Shown one piece after another: positions 36,980 through 45,661 of a stretch of DNA of 64,000 nucleotides (positions within the stretch are counted from its first letter, which is position 1; each line of letters opens with the position of its first letter). The notes below the pieces were generated by a model. That model ran no database searches and was not told the origin of the DNA. It saw only the letters and a list, made by a program, of their open reading frames with translations. The position numbers and the translations under genes are program-made. The DNA is from Candidatus Niyogibacteria bacterium RIFCSPLOWO2_01_FULL_45_48. Lineage in GTDB: Bacteria > Patescibacteriota > Minisyncoccia > HO2-45-28. The DNA lies in assembly GCA_001819395.1 (NCBI GenBank), contig MHMQ01000032.1:20150-84149 (forward strand), read 5' to 3'.

Positions 36980-38401
36980 ATGAAAGAAGGCCTAACTTTT
37001 GATGATGTCTTATTGACCCCGAAAAAGTCTCGGGTTTTTTCACGTAAAGATGTTTCGCTCAAAACTTTATTTTCAAAAAATATAGAATTATCCGCGCCGA
37101 TTGTTTCAGCCAACATGGACACCGTAACCGAATCGCGGATGGCGAGATTCTTGGCCGAATCCGGCGGGATCGGCATAATTCACCGATTTTTATCTATTGA
37201 ACAGGAGGCCGAAGAAGTAAAAAAAGTAAAAAGAGCCGAAAATATAATTATTGACGATCCGTATACTATTTTGCCTCACCAGACGGTTGCCGAAGCGCGC
37301 ATGCTGATGGGCCATGACGGCGTATCCGGACTTTTGGTAACGGACGAAAAAAAGAGACTCGTTGGCATCGTAACCGCGCGCGATCTTTTATTTGAAAAAG
37401 ACGAAAACCGGAAGATGGGCGAAGTTATGACCAAAAAGGTCATAACCGCGCCGGTTAATATTTCTCCATCTCGCGCCAAAGAAATTTTGCATAAGTATAG
37501 AATTGAAAAACTGCCCCTCGTTTCTAAAAACGGCGTTGTTAAGGGCCTCATTACCTCAAAAGATATTTTGAAAAAAAGTCAGAACCCCATCGCTTCAAAA
37601 GACAAAAGAGGCAGGCTTTTGGTGGGGGCTGCGGTCGGCGTAAAAGAGGACGCGCTGGCGCGAACAAAAGCGCTGCTTGATGCCGGAGCTGACGCGATAG
37701 TTATTGATATTGCCCACGGCCATAATATGCGCGCGCTGGAAATGACAAAAACATTAAAGAAAAAATTTAAAGGAATAGAGCTTGTTGCCGGAAATGTTGC
37801 TACTGCCGAAGGCGCAGTTGATTTGATAAAAGCGGGGGCGGACGCGGTAAAGGTGGGGATTGGGCCGGGGGCCGCGTGTACCACAAGAGTTGTCACTGGA
37901 GTCGGTGTGCCACAGCTTACGGCGATCACAGATTGCGTAAAAGCCGTTTCAAAATTTGATATACCGATCATAGCCGACGGCGGAGTAAAAAATTCGGGAG
38001 ATTTTTCTAAGGCGCTGGCCGCAGGCTCTTCGTCCGTCATGATTGGCAGCTTGTTTGCGGGGACTGACGAGGCCCCCGGCGAATATATCATTGAAGATGG
38101 CGTCGCTTATAAACTTTACCGCGGAATGGCGTCTCGTGACGCGGCAGAGGATAAAAACAAATTGGATGGAATCGACCCTTCGACTGCGCTCGGGGCAAGC
38201 GGTTTTTCAAGGAATCCTGAAGGCAAGGCCGGACGGGTTTCATACCGCGGTTCGGCTAAAAATGTAATAGGTGATTTGGTCGGCGGGCTTCGTTCGTCAA
38301 TGAGCTATCTTGGCGCCAAAAACCTTAAAGAATTCAGCAAGAACACCGAATTTATAAAAATCACCCCCGCCTCTTTCAGAGAAGGCCAAGCGAGGAATTA
38401 A
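36980..38401 (+). CDS. guaB: IMP dehydrogenase
   Basis: 473 aa; tandem CBS insert, catalytic loop GIGPGAACTTR, GGV...G phosphate-binding. Confidence 0.9.
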   Translation: MKEGLTFDDVLLTPKKSRVFSRKDVSLKTLFSKNIELSAPIVSANMDTVTESRMARFLAESGGIGIIHRFLSIEQEAEEVKKVKRAENIIIDDPYTILPHQTVAEARMLMGHDGVSGLLVTDEKKRLVGIVTARDLLFEKDENRKMGEVMTKKVITAPVNISPSRAKEILHKYRIEKLPLVSKNGVVKGLITSKDILKKSQNPIASKDKRGRLLVGAAVGVKEDALARTKALLDAGADAIVIDIAHGHNMRALEMTKTLKKKFKGIELVAGNVATAEGAVDLIKAGADAVKVGIGPGAACTTRVVTGVGVPQLTAITDCVKAVSKFDIPIIADGGVKNSGDFSKALAAGSSSVMIGSLFAGTDEAPGEYIIEDGVAYKLYRGMASRDAAEDKNKLDGIDPSTALGASGFSRNPEGKAGRVSYRGSAKNVIGDLVGGLRSSMSYLGAKNLKEFSKNTEFIKITPASFREGQARN

Positions 38402-38527
38402 ATTTTTTGGGGTTGACACCGGCCATTTTTATACGGCTGGTTTTGTTTTTTGTTTGATTTTTTTGGCTGGCGGTTTATATTCTGGATAGGTTATCCGCCC
38501 GTTGAAAACTGAATAAGGAGAAAAAAG

Positions 38528-39856
38528 ATGACCAAAATTTCCGAATGTCTGAAAAAGAAAATTGGAGAAGAACTTTGGGAAACCTTAAAAAGAATTCGTC
38601 ACGAAAACAAAAAGGGGTTTATTAGAACCCCCGAAGCGAAAGCTGTTTTGTCCCGGCTTGTGGAAATTAATCTGAAGCCGAAAGAATTTGAGGACCTGCT
38701 TGGATACAAGTGGGGAAGTGTCAAAAACGCACTTTCTTATCACCAAATCAAGAAACCAGTTCACAAAGCCGAAGTTGCGGCACACGACATTAATTCCCCC
38801 GAATTTAGCGAAAGATTTTTTAAGTTTGTGCGCAGCAAGACGGTTGTGGAAATGTGCGAGGAATTTAATTTGAGTGACGAACAGGTAAGTACGCTTTTGG
38901 CAAATCCGCCTGCGGAACATGGCATATATAAGGATTCCAGCAGGCACACGGCTACCTACTTCTGTATTTTTAAAGGCAAAAATGTCGAGCCGAAAGATAG
39001 GATTTGGAATTATGTTTTGGCTAAAGACGATGGAGCCGCGGTTGATATCGTGTTTCCGAAAGATATTGGTTGGAAAAAAGAAAGGTCCGGAGATTCGTCT
39101 GAGCGCAGATTGGAAAAAATGCGCATTGTGCCCATGGCCGACATTTGGCTTGGCGACCCTCTTCACGACTCAGCGCTTTTGGACGAGAGAATAGCCTGGA
39201 TTGCCAGAGAGCCGCACATTTTTTGGTTTTTTAACGGAGATGCGATTAAACCCCCGACAGCAAAAGAAATTAAAGACGGCGTGCTGGAAAAACTTTATCT
39301 TGAGTTGAGAACAAAACTTGCGCCGATTTCACACAAGTGGCTTTGGGCGCAAGAAGGGTGTTTTGAGACGAAGTTGCATGCGACCAAAGACGCATTTGAT
39401 CCGATTGACGACCTTTGTGATGAGTGGGATGTGCCATATTTCAGAACTCCGGTTTCCGTCGGCCTTCATTGGGCTGGAAATTTATTTAAGTTTTACTGTA
39501 TTCATGGAAAATCGCAGGCTCAGAAAAAGGGTTCAAAAATCAACGCCATCGCGCGCATCCTTGGTGAAGTGGAATTCAACCATTTTTATGTTATGTCTCA
39601 CATCAAGGATTCGATTTCTAGCAAACAAGTGCGTGTTTCCCAAGACGTGTTGAATTTTGATTTGGCGGAAAAAAAACAATATTTATTCATCACACCCTCT
39701 TTTGTGAAGTACGATCGGTCTCGTGATGCGAAGTGGGGATATCCTCTTCCTGCCAGAGGGCAAGCAAGCTGCGCCTTGTATATAGACGGCGATTATCATT
39801 TTTATTCTTCACCAATAGCCACAGGTCTGGTTGCTGTGGGGGAGGACAACATATGA
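38528..39856 (+). CDS. calcineurin-like metallophosphoesterase paralog with degenerate metal-binding motifs (probable pseudoenzyme) plus unknown N-domain
   Basis: 442 aa; aligns motif-for-motif with next gene: VPMADIWLGD / LVPLSDLQWG, FFNGDAIKP / FLNGDILNN, but GNHE replaced by QEGCFE and GHVHE by SHIKD; RBS AAGGAG 8 nt before ATG. Confidence 0.5.
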   Translation: MTKISECLKKKIGEELWETLKRIRHENKKGFIRTPEAKAVLSRLVEINLKPKEFEDLLGYKWGSVKNALSYHQIKKPVHKAEVAAHDINSPEFSERFFKFVRSKTVVEMCEEFNLSDEQVSTLLANPPAEHGIYKDSSRHTATYFCIFKGKNVEPKDRIWNYVLAKDDGAAVDIVFPKDIGWKKERSGDSSERRLEKMRIVPMADIWLGDPLHDSALLDERIAWIAREPHIFWFFNGDAIKPPTAKEIKDGVLEKLYLELRTKLAPISHKWLWAQEGCFETKLHATKDAFDPIDDLCDEWDVPYFRTPVSVGLHWAGNLFKFYCIHGKSQAQKKGSKINAIARILGEVEFNHFYVMSHIKDSISSKQVRVSQDVLNFDLAEKKQYLFITPSFVKYDRSRDAKWGYPLPARGQASCALYIDGDYHFYSSPIATGLVAVGEDNI

Positions 39857-40890
39857 CCTCGCAAAAATTCACCTTACTTGGAAAAAAATTTGAAGAATTA
39901 ATGAAAAGAGGAATTGTTCCCAAAGAATCTTTACTCAAAGAGTCCGGTTTTTCGGAAGAGCAGATTAAAAAAATGCTTGGCCGCGATGTGGAAGGCGGCC
40001 GCATTTTTGAACAAAGGGTTGAAAAGGAAATTTATTACCGCTTAATCAGAGAAACACCGCCGGTAGTTACTCAGGAGCGCGTTTGGCAATACGCCCAGTG
40101 CGCGGATCGCAGAAAGCCGTATTTCTGGTTTCAATTTCCGAATACCGATTGGAAAAAAATAATTTTGGTTCCTCTTTCCGACCTTCAGTGGGGTTCGGAA
40201 GAATGTGACGTCGCCCAACTTAAAGATTATGTCAAATATATCGGGGAGAATGACCATGTTTTCGCGTTTCTCAACGGAGATATCCTGAATAACGCTTTGC
40301 CGGATTCTCCCGGCGGTTCAATTTTTTGGGATGTGGCGAGACCCCGCGAGCAAGTAAGGACCGTGATTGATTTACTGGCCCCAATCGCTCACAAAATTCT
40401 TTGGGCATTGCCCGGTAATCACGAAGAGCGCACAATCAAGAGGGCAGATATAGATCCTTTGTTCTGGATTTGCCAGAAACTTGGCATTCCTTATTCGGAT
40501 CAGCCAATTTTTGCCGATATTCTTTGGCGGAGCCACCGTTTCAATTTCTATTGTTTTCATGGCATCAGCGGTTCCAGAACTATGGGTGGCAAGTTAAACG
40601 CGGCCATGCGTCCGATTGATTGGACCGAGTTCACGATGTTTTACATAATGGGGCATGTTCATGAACCAATGGGCAACCCTGTTACAAGAAGGTGTGTTCT
40701 TAGGGAGTATGACAGCAAGGGGGGTTTGACCGGCTTGCGGGTTGTTGACAGAGATCAGTATGTGATTATATGCGCGGCTTGGCTGAAGTTTTGGGGAGGT
40801 TACGGCGCAAAGATGGGTTTTTCTCCGCAGTCTCAAGGCGGAACCCCGTGCCTTTTGTATAAAAACGGCGATTACGGAATCTCGGAGTAA
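39853..40890 (+). CDS. calcineurin-like metallophosphoesterase (Mre11/SbcD-type motif set) with ~110-aa N-terminal extension
   Basis: ATG 39853 overlaps previous stop (ATGA), GGAGGA 6 nt upstream; motifs SDLQWG, GDILN, GNHEE, FHGISGS, GHVHEP. Confidence 0.6.
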   Translation: MTSQKFTLLGKKFEELMKRGIVPKESLLKESGFSEEQIKKMLGRDVEGGRIFEQRVEKEIYYRLIRETPPVVTQERVWQYAQCADRRKPYFWFQFPNTDWKKIILVPLSDLQWGSEECDVAQLKDYVKYIGENDHVFAFLNGDILNNALPDSPGGSIFWDVARPREQVRTVIDLLAPIAHKILWALPGNHEERTIKRADIDPLFWICQKLGIPYSDQPIFADILWRSHRFNFYCFHGISGSRTMGGKLNAAMRPIDWTEFTMFYIMGHVHEPMGNPVTRRCVLREYDSKGGLTGLRVVDRDQYVIICAAWLKFWGGYGAKMGFSPQSQGGTPCLLYKNGDYGISE

Positions 40891-40921
40891 GTGTTTTGGT
40901 TAATTTTAAGTTAAATTTTAT

Positions 40922-40957
40922 AATCCCCTCGGCAATTTGTCGGGGGATTTTCTTTTT
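40922..40957 (+). terminator. rho-independent terminator after phosphoesterase gene
   Basis: AATCCCC-13 nt loop-GGGGATT followed by TTCTTTTT. Confidence 0.5.
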
Positions 40958-40996
40958 GGAGGATTTTAGTATAATGAACCAAGACACGACGGTTTT

Positions 40997-43135
40997 TTGA
41001 AAACAAACCCTCGGGAGGCAAAACCCATGGTCGGTAGCGAGAAAAACGGAAATCCGGCCGGGGGCGGTTCTTCCGGCGGGATTCCAGAAATTTTGCGGAT
41101 ATTGCCTGCCAGCATAACCAAAACCGTGGTCTTTCCTCACCGGCTTTTCACGAACCTTTCTTACGCCACAAACAACAAGAAAATGGTCTCCGACCTAAAA
41201 CTGGCCGCAGAAGACGGCCATGCGTTTGTTTTGGTCTCGGTAAACGGCAAGGTGACGGAAATAGGAGTTTTGTGCGAAACAAAGAATTTCAGATTTTTCC
41301 CTAAAAACGGAGTGGTGTCTGTTGATATCAAGCCGCTTAAACGCGTTTACTGCACTGAGATTGTGTTTGCTCCCGATCCGGCTGCCGGGTTTACGCGCGT
41401 GAAGTGGAATTACCGAAACGAAATCGCGGTTAGTCCCGAAAGAGGAGAAGAAAAAAGCTTTGTTGATAAGATGATTGCCCTATGTTTTTCTTTCCATGAG
41501 TTTGAGAGTGCCATTGGCGGATCTCTTAGCGAGTCCGAAGGGAAATATTTTGAAAATGCCAATAGGCTTTTGGGAGAGCTGAACGCGGAAAATTTGTCCG
41601 AAACTCTGGATATAATAATGGCCGTTTTACAAAACGTTTATTGGACTTGGGAAGATTTTGACTTCGGAACCCCGGCATTCATCATATTAAAAGAAGAGAA
41701 TGTTGAAACCAGGTTGGATAGGGTTGTAGAATTGCTGGAGATTATTTTCCATCATGTTATGGATTATGGCTTGCTTGGCGACGACGATGTCTGGAGGACC
41801 GGTTCATTGCCGGAAAGGGCGCTCGTAAAATATGACGCGAAAAAACCGGCTGTAGACACGTCTTTGGCCGAGGTAAATATCCGGGAAGAGCTTGCAAAAC
41901 CGAGAAAAACAACAAAACCTCCCATGATCATTTCGGCTGGCGTTCGCCACGGATCAACGACTTTGCTGGACCACAAGAAACCCGACGCTTTTTCCAAAAA
42001 TGTAGTTGAATTTCTTGACCAGCGCGTTGTTGGTCAGGAGAGGGCGAAGATTCATATGGCCAGAGTGTTTTTGCGCATAAAACTTGGACGAACCGATCCG
42101 CGCCGCCCGTTAATAGGCGGAATCTTTTGCGGTCCGACAGGTGTTGGAAAAACAGAATTGGTTAAGGCCGGCGCCGAATTTATGTTCGGAGATTTTAACG
42201 GTTATACTCACATAGGATGCAATACTTTGCAGGAGCATCATGACGTCAAGTGTCTTGATGGCGCGCCGCCAAGCTACGTTGGCTACAACGACGACACAAT
42301 TTTAGCCCAATGGCGCCTTGATAGGCCGCATTTTCTGTGGCACATGAGCCAAAAGCACGGAGTTAAAATTGGCGATACGAAAAAAGTTTTAAGCGAGCTT
42401 TCATCAAAACACCCGCAGTTTACCGAAAAACAAGTAATGACCGCATCTGGATATAGGCCCGAGGATAAGTACTGGTCAATCGTACTTTTGGATGAGATAG
42501 AACGGGCGCACCCGGCTCTTTACTCGTTTTTGCTGCGAATTTTTGATGACGGAACTCTTGCCTTAAAGAACGGCGAATTCACGGATTTGAAGCGGACTGT
42601 GTTTTTTTTGACATCAAATATTCACGGAAAAGAAATTCTTGAAGAAGGGTCCGGAAAAAATATAGGCTTCCATCAGGCCGGAGAAAACTTGTCCGTAGAG
42701 AAAAGATTCGTGAGCCAGACATGGAAAGAGGTTGTTGGCGCTGTTGTGAAGCACTTTTCTTCAAACCCGGCTTTTTTGGGCAGGATCGGAAAAGAAAACC
42801 TGATTGTCTTTTACCCGCTTGGAGCGAAAGAGCTTTTGCAAATTCTTGAAAATATATATTTGCCGGAATTTACAGAATACATGAAAGAAAAAGCAGGAAT
42901 AGACAAATTTTTTATAACGGATAAGGCAAAAAACCTTGTTATTGCGGAAACAAGAGATCCGACAAGCAGAGTTTTGGGCGCAAGAGCACTTAAGAAGGTT
43001 TTTGAGCGTATGGTTGAAATCCCCGTTTTAAATCTTCTGGCGCGAGCCGAAGAGGGAGACGGGCTGAAAGCAGGCGATCGCGTTTTGGTTGACGCAAAGG
43101 ACGGCGCGATGTTCATTTTTAAGGAAGCAGATTAG
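40997..43135 (+). CDS. orphan single-module Clp/Hsp100 D2-type AAA+ ATPase with unknown ~330-aa N-terminal domain
   Basis: C-terminal ~380 aa align with D2 of the clpB in this window: VVGQERAKIHMARVF...[10 protein letters not shown] (Walker A), PSYVGY pore loop, IVLLDEIERAHP (Walker B), FLTSN sensor-1, C-terminal small domain; ~45-aa insertion between pore loop and Walker B; N-terminal half has no recognisable motif. Internal ATG at 41027 preceded by GGGAGG may be the true start; TATAAT at 40970-40975 upstream. Confidence 0.7.
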   Translation: MKTNPREAKPMVGSEKNGNPAGGGSSGGIPEILRILPASITKTVVFPHRLFTNLSYATNNKKMVSDLKLAAEDGHAFVLVSVNGKVTEIGVLCETKNFRFFPKNGVVSVDIKPLKRVYCTEIVFAPDPAAGFTRVKWNYRNEIAVSPERGEEKSFVDKMIALCFSFHEFESAIGGSLSESEGKYFENANRLLGELNAENLSETLDIIMAVLQNVYWTWEDFDFGTPAFIILKEENVETRLDRVVELLEIIFHHVMDYGLLGDDDVWRTGSLPERALVKYDAKKPAVDTSLAEVNIREELAKPRKTTKPPMIISAGVRHGSTTLLDHKKPDAFSKNVVEFLDQRVVGQERAKIHMARVFLRIKLGRTDPRRPLIGGIFCGPTGVGKTELVKAGAEFMFGDFNGYTHIGCNTLQEHHDVKCLDGAPPSYVGYNDDTILAQWRLDRPHFLWHMSQKHGVKIGDTKKVLSELSSKHPQFTEKQVMTASGYRPEDKYWSIVLLDEIERAHPALYSFLLRIFDDGTLALKNGEFTDLKRTVFFLTSNIHGKEILEEGSGKNIGFHQAGENLSVEKRFVSQTWKEVVGAVVKHFSSNPAFLGRIGKENLIVFYPLGAKELLQILENIYLPEFTEYMKEKAGIDKFFITDKAKNLVIAETRDPTSRVLGARALKKVFERMVEIPVLNLLARAEEGDGLKAGDRVLVDAKDGAMFIFKEAD

Positions 43136-43138
43136 CTA

Positions 43139-43168
43139 AACAGGGCTCGTTCGGAGCCCTGTTTTTTG
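43139..43168 (+). terminator. rho-independent terminator after AAA+ gene
   Basis: AACAGGGCTC-gttcg-GAGCCCTGTT then TTTTTTG. Confidence 0.75.
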
Positions 43169-43183
43169 CTAGACTTCGTTTAT

Positions 43184-43816
43184 ATGAATCCGTTGCCGGC
43201 TTATTTGCAACGAACAGGTGTTTTAAAAGCAGGCCCGATTTTAGAGTCGTTTGGAGCGATTGACCGCGCCGATTTTGTTCCGGAAGAACTGAAATCAAGA
43301 GCTTATGCCGACGAGGCTTTGCCGATTGGCGGAGGGCAGACGATATCACAGCCTTACACCGTTGCTTTTATGTTAAATTTGCTTGATCCGAGGCGTGGAG
43401 AAAAAATCATGGATGTTGGAGCGGGTTCCGGCTGGCAGACGGCCCTTTTGGCGCATGTTGTGGGTAATACCGGCAAAGTTTTTGCCATTGAGCGCGTGCC
43501 GGAACTTTGTGAGTTTGGCCGCGTAAATGTTTCTAAATATAATTTTATCGCGAGCGGTGTTGTTGAATGGTTTTGTCAGGACGCGACATCGGGGCTTCCG
43601 GACAAAGCCCCGATGGACAAAATAATAGCGGCGGCTAGCATTGTGGATCTAAAAGTCCCGAAAGCGTGGGAAGAACAACTAAAAGTCGGCGGGAAAATGG
43701 TGGTACCAATAGGAAATTCAATTTGGCTTTTTATCAAACAGCCCGACGGAACATTTCACGAGAAAGAATTTCCTGGTTTTATTTTCGTGCCCTTTATTAA
43801 AAATGACAGAACTTGA
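43184..43816 (+). CDS. pcm: protein-L-isoaspartate O-methyltransferase
   Basis: GQTISQPYTVAFML, MDVGAGSGWQTALLA SAM motif; ATG 43184 preferred because upstream TTG (43166) lies in the terminator T-run. Confidence 0.8.
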   Translation: MNPLPAYLQRTGVLKAGPILESFGAIDRADFVPEELKSRAYADEALPIGGGQTISQPYTVAFMLNLLDPRRGEKIMDVGAGSGWQTALLAHVVGNTGKVFAIERVPELCEFGRVNVSKYNFIASGVVEWFCQDATSGLPDKAPMDKIIAAASIVDLKVPKAWEEQLKVGGKMVVPIGNSIWLFIKQPDGTFHEKEFPGFIFVPFIKNDRT

Positions 43817-44762
43817 TTTAAAAATAAAAAAACTGGCAATACTCACCGGCGCGATTTTGTTTGTTGTTTCCCTTGTCGCGCACTCTATTTTTTCCGTTCC
43901 GTCCGGCTTCGGCAAAAATCGTCTAGTTAATATAAAACAGGGGAGGGGCTTGAGTGAGATTGCGGATAGTTTGGAAAAAGACGGTGTTATAAAATCGCCA
44001 TTTATTTTTAAGGCGCTGACCTTTTTATTTTTGGAACATAAAAACATAAAAGCTGGGGATTATTTTTTTGAAGAGCCGTTGTCTGCTTTTGGGGTTGTAA
44101 AAAGATTAACGCGAGGCGTTTACGGACTTTCTCCAACGAGAGCGACGGTTTTGGAGGGCTGGACGGCTTGGCAAATGGGCGGGTATTTTGAAGAGCTTGG
44201 ATTTTTTTCGCGTGAAAAATGGACAGAATCCGCCGAGGACAAAGAAGGATATCTGTTCCCGGACACATATTTTTTTCTGCCGAATACCGGGGTTAAAAGG
44301 GTAATTGAAATAATGCGGGAAAATTTTAATGCAAAGGTTTCGCCTTTGCTGGCCGATATTGAGAGTGCGGGGCGAAGTTTTGAGGATATTGTTGTGATAG
44401 CTTCCATAATAGAAAAAGAAGCAAGCGATTTTGAAGACGCGAAAATAATTTCCGGAATTTTATGGAAGCGGCTTGATGCCGGAATGGGACTTCAGGTGGA
44501 CGCGGCTTTGACTTACGTCACGGGAAAGTCCTCCATGGAACTTACCGAAAAAGATTTAGCAATTGATTCGCCTTATAACACCTACAAATACCGCGGTCTT
44601 CCGCCGACACCTATAGGAAACCCGGGTTTAGACGCGATTAAGGCCGCCGTATATCCCGAAGAAACTTTGTATTGGTATTATCTGCACGGTCGTGACGGGG
44701 AGCCCAGATACGCCGTTGACTTTGAGGAACATAAAGAAAACAAGCAAAAATATTTGCGTTGA
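43803..44762 (+). CDS. mltG: endolytic murein transglycosylase MltG (YceG-like)
   Basis: N-terminal TM anchor; YceG signatures IASIIEKEA, GLQVDAALTYV, YNTYKYRGLPPTPIGNPG. Confidence 0.85.
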   Translation: MTELDLKIKKLAILTGAILFVVSLVAHSIFSVPSGFGKNRLVNIKQGRGLSEIADSLEKDGVIKSPFIFKALTFLFLEHKNIKAGDYFFEEPLSAFGVVKRLTRGVYGLSPTRATVLEGWTAWQMGGYFEELGFFSREKWTESAEDKEGYLFPDTYFFLPNTGVKRVIEIMRENFNAKVSPLLADIESAGRSFEDIVVIASIIEKEASDFEDAKIISGILWKRLDAGMGLQVDAALTYVTGKSSMELTEKDLAIDSPYNTYKYRGLPPTPIGNPGLDAIKAAVYPEETLYWYYLHGRDGEPRYAVDFEEHKENKQKYLR

Positions 44763-44817
44763 TTTATTTTTGTATACATAGTATCTTTTGAAAAGATTTC
44801 TTTAAAGGAGATACGCC

Positions 44818-45588
44818 ATGCGCTGGCTGAAGGATATGCGCGTCTGGCTTTTTGCCGCGACTTTTTTGACCGTTTCTTTTGCCGGAGCTTCTTTTTCGGG
44901 TCTTATGGATTTTCACAGACCGTTAAGTATTTTTTACGGAATGCCTTTTGCTGTTTCTTTGCTCGTGATTTTGCTTGCGCACGAAATGGGGCACTACGTC
45001 GCGGCCAGAAGATGGGGCGTGGAAGTGGATGGACCGTATTTCATACCCTTTCCGTTTTTTCTCGGCACCTTCGGGGCGTTTATAAGGGTAAAAAGTCCTA
45101 TTCCGAATCGGATTGCTCTTTGTGATATCGGCGCTGCCGGCCCTTGGGCCGGAATGGGAACGGCCGTCGCGATTCTTTTTTTAGTTTATCCGCTTCGTTT
45201 AGAACTTGGGGATTTTGCGGCTAATCAGGTCAGGCTCGCTATTTTGGTTGGTTTCATTGTTACTCTTGTTAATCTTCTTCCGAGCGGTTCGCTTGACGGC
45301 GGTCATTTGGCTTATGCCTTTTTTGGGAATTTGAATCAGCGTATTGTCGGGCTTGTGATGTTTTTCTCCTCTTTGCTTACGATGGTATTTGTGGTCTTTT
45401 TCAATTCCGCGATAAGTCCTCTGGTCTTTTTTATTCTTTATATTGTTGGTGGCGGCACGATACATCCCCCTACCGAAAATGATTTATTGCCGTTAGATTG
45501 GAAGAGAAAGGTTGTGGTTATAATTACCCTTATTATTTACGCAGTTCTTCTTTACGGCTCAACCCTTGTGAGGTTTGGTTCAAAGTAA
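44818..45588 (+). CDS. membrane metalloprotease, site-2 protease (M50)-like
   Basis: Polytopic; intramembrane LAHEMGHYVAARRWG HExxH motif and downstream LDGG. Confidence 0.55.
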   Translation: MRWLKDMRVWLFAATFLTVSFAGASFSGLMDFHRPLSIFYGMPFAVSLLVILLAHEMGHYVAARRWGVEVDGPYFIPFPFFLGTFGAFIRVKSPIPNRIALCDIGAAGPWAGMGTAVAILFLVYPLRLELGDFAANQVRLAILVGFIVTLVNLLPSGSLDGGHLAYAFFGNLNQRIVGLVMFFSSLLTMVFVVFFNSAISPLVFFILYIVGGGTIHPPTENDLLPLDWKRKVVVIITLIIYAVLLYGSTLVRFGSK

Positions 45589-45661
45589 ACAAATTCGCTT
45601 GGAATTTCCAAGCGAATTTTGATTTTTAATGAGGTTTTTGTTATATTTCGTAATATCCAAC

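Noticed and set aside
37579-38091. 170-aa minus-strand ORF inside guaB
   Set aside because: Antisense to IMPDH. Ala/Ser/Thr/Pro-rich, mirror of the Gly/Ala-rich catalytic core.
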